From NCBI GenBank assembly GCA_030141605.1, contig JAQGDQ010000101.1, positions 454,919 through 518,918 on the forward strand: DNA of 64,000 nucleotides, read 5' to 3'. Position 1 is the stretch's first letter. Every line of letters begins with the position of its first letter. Of the stretch, positions 49,991 to 63,076 are shown piece after piece. Source of the DNA: Tubiluchus corallicola (lineage: Eukaryota > Animalia > Priapulida). The notes below the pieces were generated by a model that was not told where the DNA came from, ran no database searches, and was given only the letters and a program-made list of their open reading frames with translations. A program made the position numbers and the translations under genes.

Positions 49991-50925
49991 TTACAAATCG
50001 TGTCCTAACGCCTGTGTGTATTTTGCACACTCTGGTTTGCTATTAATTAACAGTATGTCGTTATTTTTGAGCACTGTTTTCCATTTATTAACATGGGACT
50101 CTGAATCTTTCTTGAAGGTTCCATCACTTCTCTGGAACCGCTTGCCCGTTTTGCCAGCTGAATATTTACCTTTAGCAACATTCTTTATAAAATTATCCAC
50201 TTCAGTTCTATAAGTTAAACCTAAAAAATCGAAAATTTCTTTGGATTTTGCATCCATTTTAAGGACCAGCTCGTCATATTTTATCATCATAAGATGTGAG
50301 GATGGTATACGGGATTCTATTGCCGTTTCCCAGTTTTTCAACATGTCTGCGCATAAGCTTTGTAGATCTTTTTTCATCGTCTCCCAGTGCCACCACTTTG
50401 ATGCTTTTCTGGATGCTATAATGGCTCTAGGGTCTCGCAGGAGGTAGATAATCTTCAAGTTAATTCCTTCTTCAATCAGGGGTAATAGGTCTGTTACGTG
50501 AAGACGTACAGTTTTTATAGCATGTACCTTATGAGCTTTGCATAAGTTATTCAACTGTTCTAAACCAACTGAGATTGTTTTGCCTTTACAAGAGCTCATT
50601 CTTACTGAATCTACATCATGATCACAATTTGCTGCTCTGGCTATAGCTCTACTCCAAGATGGATACTTAGGCCACGGGGGCCACAGTTTCTTGTAATTAT
50701 TGTTCATAGCGTCTATGTCAGCGTAATTACAGGAACCCATGTTCCTTATCACTTGTACACCACTCAGTATTACGCTCTTGTTTAAAGTAGGCTCTCTGGC
50801 TTTCCAGGGTGAGAGATCAAGTTTACGAAAACCTGGCACTGCTACCAACGGCTCGTAGAAATACATGACATCCGGATGACTGTTGAGTATTTCTCCTAGT
50901 AATGTAGATCCACTTCTATGAAGTG
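49991..50925 (-). CDS. Sulfotransferase copy 2, catalytic (last) exon
   Basis: atttcag|CACTTCATAGAAGTGGA acceptor at same codon position as copy 1; LHRSGSTLLG, YFYEPL, RDPRAIIASR, KYDELV. Confidence 0.93.
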
Positions 50926-51846
50926 CTGAAATATGACAACATTTGATTGTTATGATCTATTTATTTCGTATTTAAGCTTACTAGTACCATGCACATGACA
51001 AAACAAGCATACAGGATATAGATGTAACTTCGTTAGTGAAATAAGTAGATTACACGTAGTAATTGCTGTAATTTATCGACTTATAATAGTGAAGCTGTGT
51101 TTGGATATCGTGTATTGTAATTTTGTAAACTCTGTGGACTAATTCTATGGTACCCCACCATTGTCAAAATACTTAGGTTGCAAAAAAATAGTCAATAAAA
51201 GCTACTACGATACTACTATTAATTATACAGTTCACCCAGATTATTACAATAAATTGGCACGCTGGATAGCAGACATTACCACAGAGTTCAAGCTCTAATT
51301 GCAAATAACACAATTAATTGTAAAATTGACTCAGATATTTTGCATTGTACTATATCATCAGACCCGTCTTGAACAGAGATATTATTCACAGGAGGGATAG
51401 GTACATTACAATAGAAGTTTAACTGCCCTATTTCACTCTGCATTAGTTATTAGTATGTACTTAAAACAGCAAATTCGTTTGCTGGCCTTATTTTTGGTAA
51501 TATAATAAATTCATTAAAAGTCTATACAATATCATAAAAATGCTTTGCGAATATGATCAATGAGCAGTCAAATTACTTCGAGATTACTATTGCGCAAGAA
51601 TTAGGAATAGTCATTCCACTACTAACTATAATAAAAAAATTCCATTACATTATTTCTGTAACGTTACAATTATTATCTCGGTCTGATTGGATTAAGCTGA
51701 TTATCAGGTGGATTAAAAACTTTACCCCATGGATGATCGAGCGCGTTATGGATTTTACCTGAGTAAGTGATTAGGTGAGTTAGCAGTTACTTGTAAATGG
51801 AGGTATAGTATAGCAAGGTATATATTATAGTATGAACTACGATTTT

Positions 51847-52088
51847 GTATAGTATAGTATAGTATAGTATAGTATAGTATAGTATAGTATAGTATAGTAT
51901 AGTATAGTATAGTATAGTATAGTATAGTATAGTATAGTATAGTATAGTATAGTATAGTATAGTATAGTATAGTATAGTATAGTATAGTATAGTATAGTAT
52001 AGTATAGTATAGTATAGTATAGTATAGTATAGTATAGTATAGTATAGTATAGTATAGTATAGTATAGTATAGTATAGTATAGTATAGT
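51847..52088. repeat. (TAGTA)n microsatellite
   Basis: Direct reading. Confidence 0.98.
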
Positions 52089-52834
52089 GACATATATTGT
52101 AATATTGTAACACCCTTTTGGGATTCAACTGTAACACCTGTTTGCTGTAATAAGCGGACAGGTAAGGAGTGTTTTTCACCTGCTCCGTCGGTACGGCTAA
52201 AAGAACGCATATACGCTGATATACCAATTTTGTGCATCGCAAACTTATATGTGCTGGTTATGTAATTCAATTATGATGTCTTTCTAAGCGAACAACGGGC
52301 AAAAGGCCAATGGAGATTTAATCTCGAACGTTGCTATGAATATATGAGCGGAAATTATCTGCCTCATTCGTCAGTACGATTAACTAGTTAACATAGTTAA
52401 GCCAAGGATAGTTAACTATCCTTGGCTTCTTGCCAATTTGTTCGTCATTATAGTGACGTCACATGGTGTTCATTTAGTTTTTATGAATATTACCTTCATT
52501 ACTAGTCAAGTTAAATTAACTTTTGGTTATGATCCGGTTGAAACTCAAGGTTCGTCCTACTTGATAATTCATTATGACCCAGCAATCACATGACTGACAA
52601 TCTTAGCAAATTGTAAATGTACCCACTCGTATAACACTATATTCGCAAACGTTACTTGATTTAATAATTACTGATTCCCCGGATTAAGTTGCTGAATGTT
52701 ACACTTCAACTACTATTAGTAATTGTGACCACTGTCCTATTTTCTGCAAATTGCAGTTGAAAGTGATTTTACCAGCAGCATAAAAGAAAAATATATAGAT
52801 ATTAATTTGCAAATTGGCACAGCCTGAACCAGGC

Positions 52835-53990
52835 AGTTGCAAACGCTGACTGGGATAAAATGATTTCAACTTCTGACATAGGCCAAATATGCACACAATT
52901 TACTGGAAAGTTGCAATCATTACTAGATAGCCATATCTCATCAACTATTAAACCCAGAGACAAACCGTGGATGAATTCCCAATGTAGAAGACTCCGCCGG
53001 GTAAAAAACCGAAAATCGGACAAATTGAAACAAAGATTAAATGCTGAACCTAGGCTACGGTATAATATCGCTAGAAACTAATATAATAAAGCACGCTCGA
53101 ACAGCAAACAAAAACATTACAATAAAGTATGAAAAGACTTGCTTGATCCTAACACCTAAAATAAAACATGGTGGAAAATATCAAAATCAGCCTATAAGGG
53201 AAATTCTATCCAAGGTGTGCCTACGCTACTAGAATTACAATGGACGTCGAGAAAGCCAACATCCTGAACATTACTTCTGTGAACAGTCAACATAGGACCA
53301 AACATCAACCTACCTCCACAACTAATTTTACAATTCTTAGTGCAAAAAATGAGAAGTGTGTTAAATCTGACTGCAAAATAAGTATTGACAATAACTTATT
53401 GACCAAGACACGCAAACTAAATTTTTAGGTGTCTTCTTAGACCACAAATTGTGATGGAAAAGTATACAAACTATATTTGTTCTACGCTTAGCAAGATTGT
53501 GGTGTAGTACAAAAATTAAATACTGCGAAACTTAAGCATCTATTGCGTATCCATACTTTGAATATTTTGTATTATGTGGTGTAACATTTACATGGATTCA
53601 CTAGATAGATTAGTAAAAATGGGGAAATTACGATCTCTACTTATAGAGCTCACACTGGTAATTTGTTTGAAGATTTAAAAATATTGAAACTGCATGATGT
53701 TGTTGTCCGAGGAAATAGTTGTTTTCTATATAGGCATATTAACAATTTATTAACAGATGTATTCGAATCTATGTTCGTTTTTAATAATAACGCACATACT
53801 TATACAACCAGACAACATAATAAATTTCACATTCCTAAATTAAAACTAATGTAATAATAAAAACTTTATTGAATAACATGTTGTTGTATTGTGGATTAGT
53901 CTTCCCAATCAAGTAGCGAAACAATTTCTCTACGTGTTTTTAAAAAAACGAATGCGGCTACATTTAACTTCAACGTAATGTTTCTGATTT
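52835..53990 (+). mobile_element. Decayed CR1/L2-like LINE fragments
   Basis: KPRDKPWMN..RR linker motif; LKILKL...HTYTTRQ 3' motif. Confidence 0.6.
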
Positions 53991-54205
53991 TACCCATGCT
54001 TGTGTATTTGTATTTGTATAGTGTACTTCTGTACTGTATAATATAAGTTTGTACTGACTTCGAAGTCCTTTTTTCCACTTTTAATAATTTAATAATTTTT
54101 AATATAATGCAAAATATGTATGGAAAATAAACTGAATTTAAAATTTTAAAAAATGTTGATAAGCCTGGGGACAATTATTTCAGGACTGTTTTCACGTGAT
54201 TTCAG

Positions 54206-55322
54206 AGAACGTAGGTAAAAATGGCACAGGTAAAAATAACACGGTAAAAATGGCACAGGAAAAAGTGGTAAAGGAAAAAATGGCACAAATAGAGAAATAG
54301 GTAAAAATGACACAGATAAAATGGCACAGGAAAAATGGCAGAGGAAAAAGTGGTACAAATGGGAAAGTAGGTCACAGGTAAAATGGCACGGAAAAAAATG
54401 GCACGGTAAAAATGGCAGAGAAAAAATTGTTCACTTAGTAATATATGAGTTTACTAAAGGTTATAGTTAGGGTTGTGTGTGGGGACAATTATGTTAGTTA
54501 CTTTTACCTCTGCCAAGGAAATTATGCTTCAACGTAGTTTGTTTGTTTGCTTGTTTGGTTGGTTGTTTTTTGTCTGTTATAGCAGTAAGCCCATTCCACA
54601 AAAACTATCTAACAGATTTCCGGGAAACTCCGGGAGAAGGCGGGTATATATGCTGCTAAAAGGGGCGTCTCTTCGCCCATTTTTTTGCAAAATTTGACCG
54701 AAAACCACATAGAAAAACCATTCGTGAAGCACTTCGTGGAGGTCCTAGAGGAGAGGGAGTTTTATCTCTACCAGGACAAACAACTACGAGTTTGTTCCTG
54801 GTTCGTTTTCAAGAAATTCTTGCTTGGAAAACTGTGTAACGGCACCTATGACCTTTGCTTATTAATATGTATATAGCCTTACAAGTTGATTTGGTATGTA
54901 AATACGTATATATGCCAGTCTATTATCACTGGCCCACTGCCAAAATTAACGGTTAAAGAAAAGTAGGTAAACGCTAATTTTGATAGCCGTGAATTAATGA
55001 TTATAATTCTATCTAATAAACAAAGTATTTTGTGAGTCTTTTGTGAGGCTAGTTTACATAATACAAATACACGTACGGTTTTGTTTGCTCGTGTTTTCTT
55101 AGTTTTACGGTTTTTTGATCAAAAAAGTTAGACGAATAAGTTTAAGATTGTTCGGCTTTGGCAGAGATCTGCTTGCTACTGAGCGCATTCTAGTTTTAGT
55201 ATAGAAATCAACAGCACGAAAATAGCATGTGTGTTATTTTTCCTACTTTTCCCTTTGTGTCATTTTTTCCTGGGCCATTTTTTCTGTGTCATTTTTTTGA
55301 CTGTGCCATTTTTACAGGGCAC
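54206..55322. mobile_element. MULE-like non-autonomous element with modular AAAAATGGCAC arrays
   Basis: 9-bp TSD TGATTTCAG (54197-205 / 55323-31); tandem gtaaaaatggcacag units on left, inverted units on right. Confidence 0.7.
54502..55194 (+). mobile_element. Helentron-associated (DINE/HINE-like) element nested in the MULE-like element
   Basis: ttttACCTCTGCCAAG sub-TIR, (GTTT)n microsatellite, 3' TTTGGCAGAG + short hairpin + CTAG in T context. Confidence 0.65.
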
Positions 55323-56497
55323 TGATTTCAGGACGTTATAGTCTGATATGCATTAATAAGTTGTTTCCTTTGTAAAAATATGTAATAAATAAAGTCTATA
55401 ATCAGGATGACATTTCGAGTATTCTGTGTTTCAGTAACTTTGCTTCCACCTGGTAGACTGCATAAGACATATTTCATATAATATAGACTGTTTGAGAAGG
55501 CTGATGCTTGTTTTCTTTCGTAGAAATATGTAGTAAATGTAGACTCGTATATAGCTTTTATTAACCGTGGGTTGCAAGTTTTTCTTGTTCGGAACTGAAA
55601 ATGCCATAATAAAGGTAAACAAAGTTTTCTTGCTGAGTGTTGATTACTAAAAATGTAAATATGTTATGTGTTTGTACTATCACAACGTAGAACTAGTCTG
55701 GCAGTCTAGTGACACTATATGTGGTATCACCTAGCAGACAAAAAGGAATGGAGCTGAAGATTGAGTAAATCAGTTGTTATGGTAATGAGCAATGCATAAC
55801 TTTTCTCTTGCAACATATATACCTGTAATTAGTAAAAAAAATAAACGTTGGGATGTGGAAAATTAACTTATGGTGGTTGAAGAATCAGACCGATGAACAG
55901 ATACCCACCTAGACTAAAAATAAAAGAAAAGAGAATGGCTGACAAATACGGCTGCTCCTAGCTATACAACAAAACAGGAATATTTGCACAATGGGGACCG
56001 CCATTTTGGATGACGTCGTTGACATCTTCGATGGTGACGTCATCAGCAGTGCCACTTAGTTACACTACATAAGACTCCGCATGAGGAAAGTGTCTCACAG
56101 TAGCTATATAGTCTAGGGTTAGAAAAGCCAGCAGGACAACAATGACTAGGATTAGAGAACAATAATACAACAAAATTAGAGTTAGGAGTATAGCAAATGG
56201 CAAAGGTTACGAAGTATGGGTGCCGCCATTTGAAATAATAGGAACCACCATCTTAGATGATGAGTGCCGCGATCTTGGGTGATGGGGCCGCCATCTTGGT
56301 TGAAGAGGCCACCATCTTGGATGATGACGTCATCAACAGCGCCACCTAGCAGCAGTACTTGTGTCGTTACCCAGCGGACAAAAGAAAGGAATTCGTGATT
56401 AAGATCTTCCACTACTTGCGCTCATACTGTTATGGACTATAAAAACGTGTAGTATGAATTTCGTTTAAAAATACGTCAATTTATTGGTAATACTTAC

Positions 56498-56638
56498 TGA
56501 TTATCACAGCTAAAGTTTGATTTTCCACATGTTGTAGTATCAGGCGTTTCGTAGCGGTTTGATTTTGGAAATCCTGTATTTTCTCGTACTTGCCGGTAGA
56601 CAGTTCCTTAGCAGCAGTAGTCTCAGGATAGCCAACGT
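56498..56638 (-). CDS. Sulfotransferase copy 2, stem exon (VGYPETT...ENQTLAVII)
   Basis: tttacag acceptor, A|gtaagt donor, phase 1-1; ENQTLAVII-T-LHRSGS parallels copy 1 QNRTLIVIA-T-YHRSGS. Upstream TM exon not confidently located. Confidence 0.75.
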
Positions 56639-56719
56639 CTGTAAAGTTATAGCCAATAATTTCTGCAAGCACGTAGTAACAAACATGGCGAGGCTTATTT
56701 AATGATCAACATCTAATTT

Positions 56720-56915
<196 letters not shown>

Positions 56916-59610
56916 TTTAAAATTCTTTACTTGTCTTTAAGAAATATTCACAGAAGCTACTTTCACTGTAACTATAAACAACAATTATTTACCTGATATA
57001 CGAATTTTGAGACGCCTTATTTCAAAGAAAGCAGGTAAATAGAATCCAATAACGAAACATACCAACCCCATGAAAATGACTGATACCTTCCCTCGTAAAT
57101 TTGACATAATAGTTGTTTTTTTATAAATTAGTGTTAGACACTCTACATGTTTTCCATCACAGCATTCATATTATACGTGCGTATTCACCATCTTGTAATA
57201 GAAGTGAAACTCGCCAGTCAGTTTGTTGCGTGATCTAGGGTCATATTTGCATTCTTGATGTTCGTATCTATTCGAAGGTGACTGATGGTATAATGTTTCG
57301 CTATAACCCTACACATGGTGGGGTTCTTTATGAACACTATTGTTATTATGCGACGCAGATTTTTATTTAACAAGGCTGAGAATATTCGAACCAGCAATAC
57401 TGGTAGCCAGGGCGACAATAGATGTAGCTCGTTCTGTACCATTACATTTTCTAGAAGCGAGTCGAACACACTTGCTACATAATACGCACGTGATGTATAT
57501 TGCGCTTACAATAATTCACGTCACTTGCTCTCTGTCTAAATCTATACTTCACGCATGAATTCTATTCAAAATGCTCCACTGACAATAATCTCTGACCAGT
57601 TTGTCTCATGTTTCTGACCTGAGTATTCCAACATTTAACCTGGTCATCCTAAGTTTCTAACCTTGCATTGTAAGTTGTTTCGTGACATGGCCATTTCCGT
57701 TTCAACGTTGATTCCCTGCTGATTTCTTTCTGAAGTGAGAGCACAGTTACACAACTGCTCCAACAGTACCGAAACATTGCATATTTTGTTTTCTTCAGTT
57801 GCAGATTTTTAATAATTGTATCTATGCTTACCATTTATTTCCATGTTACGTTTTCATAGTGAAACAATATAACGTTCACAAAGTAAACAGATTTTTTCTG
57901 CATAATTAATTATTTAAAGCAACCACGCTCATCGCTAAAAGGCAATGGATCTTGTTAAAATCATTGTACGTCTACGTGTAAAAACAATTTTTCTCAGGTC
58001 CTGAAACATCACTGTTCATCAAGTTGTATTGAGAGAGTGCATCAGCTTCACAGGTATAAAGTTCAAATGAAGGATATAAAGTTGGTTTAGGTGTAAACTT
58101 CAAATGAAGGTCGCGTAACTTTTCCAGGTGTAAGCCTCAACCGAAGGTCATACAATTGACGTCTAACAATAATGCCAATCATTTTCGTTGACTGCCCAAT
58201 CAGCGTGCAAATTATTTTACACACCTGCAGAGCTTAAATTAACGCAGATCCGTTCGGGACATTTAGCTACAGCTCCGTCTAACACTGTTGTGAAAAATGC
58301 TCAACTTTTCATTAGTTAGCGGGAGAAATATTGGCCTATAATATTCTGGATTTTATTATTGTCAATTGAAATTGCAAGTGAATTAGTGCAAATATATAGT
58401 CTAGTTTCGTTTTAAGGAAGAAGTACACAATGCTTACGTCTATGAGTTGCTGATTAAACCATTTTGTAGTCAAGAAAATACGCAGTTTAGTTTAGTTTAT
58501 GGCTTTGCAAGTTGGATAAAAACAACTATTTGATTAACTTTAAATAAGAACAAAAAACAAAATGTTTTCTTTTCAGGCCAGTTTTTATAAACCTCAATGA
58601 GATCTTCGCAGTCAAAATTAATACAAATGTGATCAAAACCTATATTATACATCAGCGTAGTATCAGCTATTTTACGCTATTTTTCTGGTTATAATCATGG
58701 TTAAAAGATGCCATTGGGACTTACGTAACTCGGGCATTCAATATAAGGGTCATCTATGGAATGGGACAATCAAATTTATTCCATTTCTTTAGCGTAACAA
58801 ACGGAAAAACACAAAATAAGTCTTGGAGACGAGCACATGATCAGTTAATATAGAAAAAATACATCGCAGGCATGATGTTCGTATGTTCAAAGGCAAGAGA
58901 GGCTTAATATTTTTGTTGCTCATTTATTGTAAAGCAAGGCTAACTGGCTTAGTTTCTTTATTATACTTATGTCTCTGTATTTTGTTTGTAGTGCTTTGAA
59001 ACTTCGTCTCTACATTCTGTTTAAATTGAATAGTGATTTTTTGGCTACTTGAAGTGTTAATTTCGTTAAAAAATAGCTGCTGCTCTGCAAATTTGTGTTT
59101 ATGAAACAGTGCAATCAATTTATCTGCTGATTAGACATTAGTTGTGGCTGTCATGCTGTTTAGTTTAGTTTAGTTTAGTTAAGACAGTTGTTGCTCAGCG
59201 TGAGCTGTTGTGCCGAAAGCTGCTGAGCGTGCTTACGTTACAGCGGAGGCGGAACGATAGACCAATATGTTTGACTTCAATTGTCTCACACGTGCAAATT
59301 TCAAGGCAGGTTGTATAACTGTCCAGGCCTATAAATTCCAAACGAAGTTTGTCCAACTGCCTAAGGTGTAAGCATGAAATTGAGGGTCCCAGATGTAAAC
59401 TTCAAACAAAGGTTATGCAACTGTCCCAGGTGTAAAGTTCAGTACATATATCGCAAAACGTCAGTCAACCAGCGAGGATCTCCCTCGTGATGGCCAATTA
59501 GCTCTCCCTTTGTCTTGCCTAGTCCTTCGTCTGAGTCGCGCAACAAAAGCGGCTCACAAACGCGTGCAGAAATTGTTTTGAAATATACTGCAAGTGTTAA
59601 GGTCAAGTGG

Positions 59611-59612
<2 letters not shown>

Positions 59613-59661
<49 letters not shown>
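59613..59661. repeat. (TTA)n microsatellite
   Basis: Direct reading. Confidence 0.95.
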
Positions 59662-59662
<1 letters not shown>

Positions 59663-60164
59663 TTTTATTTTCTCCAGTTATACAAGATTTCTGCAACTAA
59701 AATTTGTCTAGCGGTAGTACAGAGAAATTATAGTGGTGAAACATTATGTTTGAATAATAATTATGTAGATGTATAGTGCCTGGAAAGATTAAAAACAGTG
59801 AGATTTATCAGTTTCTCCAAGCCAAAAACCTAGAAAAAATCTCTCGCAGCTAGGTAGACAACATCAGCTGAGCCGTCAAATTAATAAAAACGCTGTCTGT
59901 CCCAAGGTAATTAATTTCCTATTTTTTTAATTAAAGCTTTTACGCTGTTACAAGAGATTGCCAAATGCTACTGTAGCGTTAATGTTTATTAAGGTTGAAA
60001 ATCCAGTATTTGGCAGACTTCTTAATTGTTATTCACAGTTTAGCTGGAATAAAAAGCTTATGTTGTTTAAACCCTAACTGCTTATATAAGTCTTTGAGAC
60101 TGATCATTCATAATGTCTAATATGATCTTAAACGTATGATCATTTTGTAGGTTTATAAAAGATA

Positions 60165-60475
60165 CTTTCCTTGTACCATGTTTTCTCTTTACTACGTTTT
60201 CCTGATACCAGTTAAACTTTTCCAGTAGTAAACTTTTCTAGCACCAAACCATTTTTACCTTGTACCAGATTTACTTGTACTAAAAATGCATGCCAACTTT
60301 TGTCAGTCCTGTATTAAATCTTCCTAGTACCACATTTTCCCTGTACCCAATTTTCCTTGTAGCAAAATTTCGCTGTACTAAAAATTCTTAGCAGCAAATT
60401 TTCTCGGTACCAAAATTTCGTCGTACCAAAATTACTAGGACCAAATTTACCTGTATCAAACTTACTAGTACCAAT
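60165..60475. repeat. Degenerate ~16-17-bp tandem array (ttttccttgtaccaaa)
   Basis: Recurrent TTT.C..GTACCAAA units; probably transposon subterminal repeats. Confidence 0.7.
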
Positions 60476-62640
60476 TTTTTTCATTTTTTTTCACTTATTT
60501 ACACGCTGTAAGCACTTACAAGCGAGGGCGTTTGTGAGAATGTGTGTTACGTCATCAAGTTGGGCGGGGCTAAATGCGGCTCGCGATCTACCTATTGAAG
60601 ATAACAATGATGTGCAGCAGAAAGTATAGATTTCTTGCGTCCCTACTTCATTGCTATTGTGGCATATTGTGCTTTTTGCTACTTAGGGCATTGTTGTGTC
60701 TGGTGCTTTTGAGTTTTTCTCTTGTGGTTTTTATTTACCTTGTCACTGTTTATATAACGGTATTGCATTCTTCTGTGTATATTTGATGCACAAAATCACG
60801 TACGATACTATTGTTTAAACAGTGACATTGTGGACTCTGTTCTTTCTCTGTGATTGTGTTCTTTTGCGAGTGGTATTTTCTGTGATTTTCAGTTTACAGT
60901 TTCAGCTTATTTGTCTCATTCTAGATGCGTATATTATACTATTTAATTACACACAGTTCGTTTTAATTGCATTGAGACGGGGTGGCGTATTCAGTGAGCG
61001 TATTAGATATATTGCCAAACTGATAATGAAAAAATGGTGTTTAGTGATTGAACACTCTTTTTCTTTTCTTAACTCCAAATTCCATGTTCACCGTGGCGGA
61101 CTGAAACCTTTTGCCTTTTGTTTTATTTATACCACATTACATTTTCATGATAAAATAAAAAATAAACCTCGTGAAAGTAAATAGATTTGATACGCTCATC
61201 ATTAAGAAGCAATGGATCTTGTTAAAATCATAGTACTGCCGATTGTTTAATTCAAGAATTCATGAATTATCCCATTGTCCCAGATAATCAAAGCTGGGAG
61301 AGAGAAACAATACATGGCTATAAAAGGCGCCTAGGTGGCTCTCAGTGACAATTCTGTGTCATAGTGTCAATCAAGTACACTCAAATTCCATGGAAGGACC
61401 CGTGCTTTTACTCTGCAGCTTTGAGCACGAGCGACCAAACAATTATCTAGTCAGCTGTTGAACTACAGATTATCGTATGGTTGGTTATTGGTGTTCATAA
61501 TAGTTTGTCATCATCATCATCGACGTCGTCGTCGCTATCATCATCATTATCATCATCATCATCATTATTATCACCGTCATTACCATCGTCATCAATCAGG
61601 TGTATGAACATTCAAATAAACAGCACAACCGATCTGTAACAGTTGATGCCAACCACTATCGACTGCTGTACCTCCTGGTCGTAGTAGCTGAAGTATAGAG
61701 TTGTATTTTACAGTATATCTAAATACATCAGCAGTTGATTTCCTCCGGATTTTTCAGCTTTTCATAGTGTTATTGCACATATATAGAATTACTTTATCAT
61801 TACTGAGAAGGACAAACTTATATGCCCTTAAACGAGGAAGCAATGACTAGATGGCATTTTAGCCTTTAAATTAGTTTTTTTATACATGTTTAGGAATAGC
61901 GTTTGATGTAAAAGCCGCAAAGGATTATGAAGCCCAGCATCTAACAAAACAAGCAGCCCTACAAAACTGCCAAAATTTACATCATCCTTATATCAAAATA
62001 GTTACTGAGAAAAGAGAAAAAAAAACAATGTATAACAATGATGCCAGAAACAACATTACTGACCACGTTAACAGTCTGCCTAAATTTAGATATCATATAT
62101 GGTATCCATTAAAGTGGGATATATTTGAATGAATAAGAGAAAATTCATAAGGCGTACGAAGCTGTAATATGGAAAAACGAACAATAGGTGGCAGCAGTAA
62201 ATTATGAATAAATCTAAGCACAGACTGTACTACAAATTTCTCAACCCCAAGAGGCAGCAGACCTGGAGATTTTTCAAAAAAGTTAAAACCTAGAGATTTT
62301 ATGTCATTGCAGATTTTTTACATCCACTTTAAATATCACGTGTTAAATAAGTGAAATTACCACATTCATAGATTAAATTTATGATCAATAATAACTTGAT
62401 TTTCGTGTTGCGAAAATTTCGTGATGACCGCAACAAAGTGAGACCCTCTTTGGGTTCTTTTCATTGTGAAATGGGCCTACTTAAGTTATCAAAGAAAGCT
62501 AGGCTATAGCAGCACTTTAAACTGATTTGATATTTTAAGGCAGCCTTTACGCATGACATATCCAAATGATCCAATGCAGTCTTGCTATTTGGAGTTTCTT
62601 CGTCACAATATACAAATCATTACTGGACATTTGATACCTA

Positions 62641-62756
<116 letters not shown>

Positions 62757-63076
62757 TGTTTCATTCATATAACATCAATAGATATGTAACCTGTAATATT
62801 TCCTGTATGTCTTTGAAAGGCATCTATGTCTTATTGGTATTAAATAAGTTTTGTCGTTCAGCATTCAGCACTGTGTGTAAATCCAGGTGCAACTAAAATA
62901 GACAATATCCGAACTTTGGCTGGAAAAAAGTCTGTTGCCCTCATATGCCGCGTTTGCACATATTGTCTTAGTACGCCGTAGCTCGTGTCTTGATCTGCTA
63001 CATCAACACAGGCTATCAAAAGTTAATTGCCTGTGCAGACAAAATTACCTAGTTGCAGTGAAGGCGATTTTTTAGC

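Noticed and set aside
51755-52270. YYTIL-repeat ORFs
   Set aside because: Translation of (TAGTA)n.
58924-59118. Candidate stem exon of sulfotransferase copy 2
   Set aside because: Plausible acceptor but donor is phase 0 and I could not build a consistent chain to 56638.
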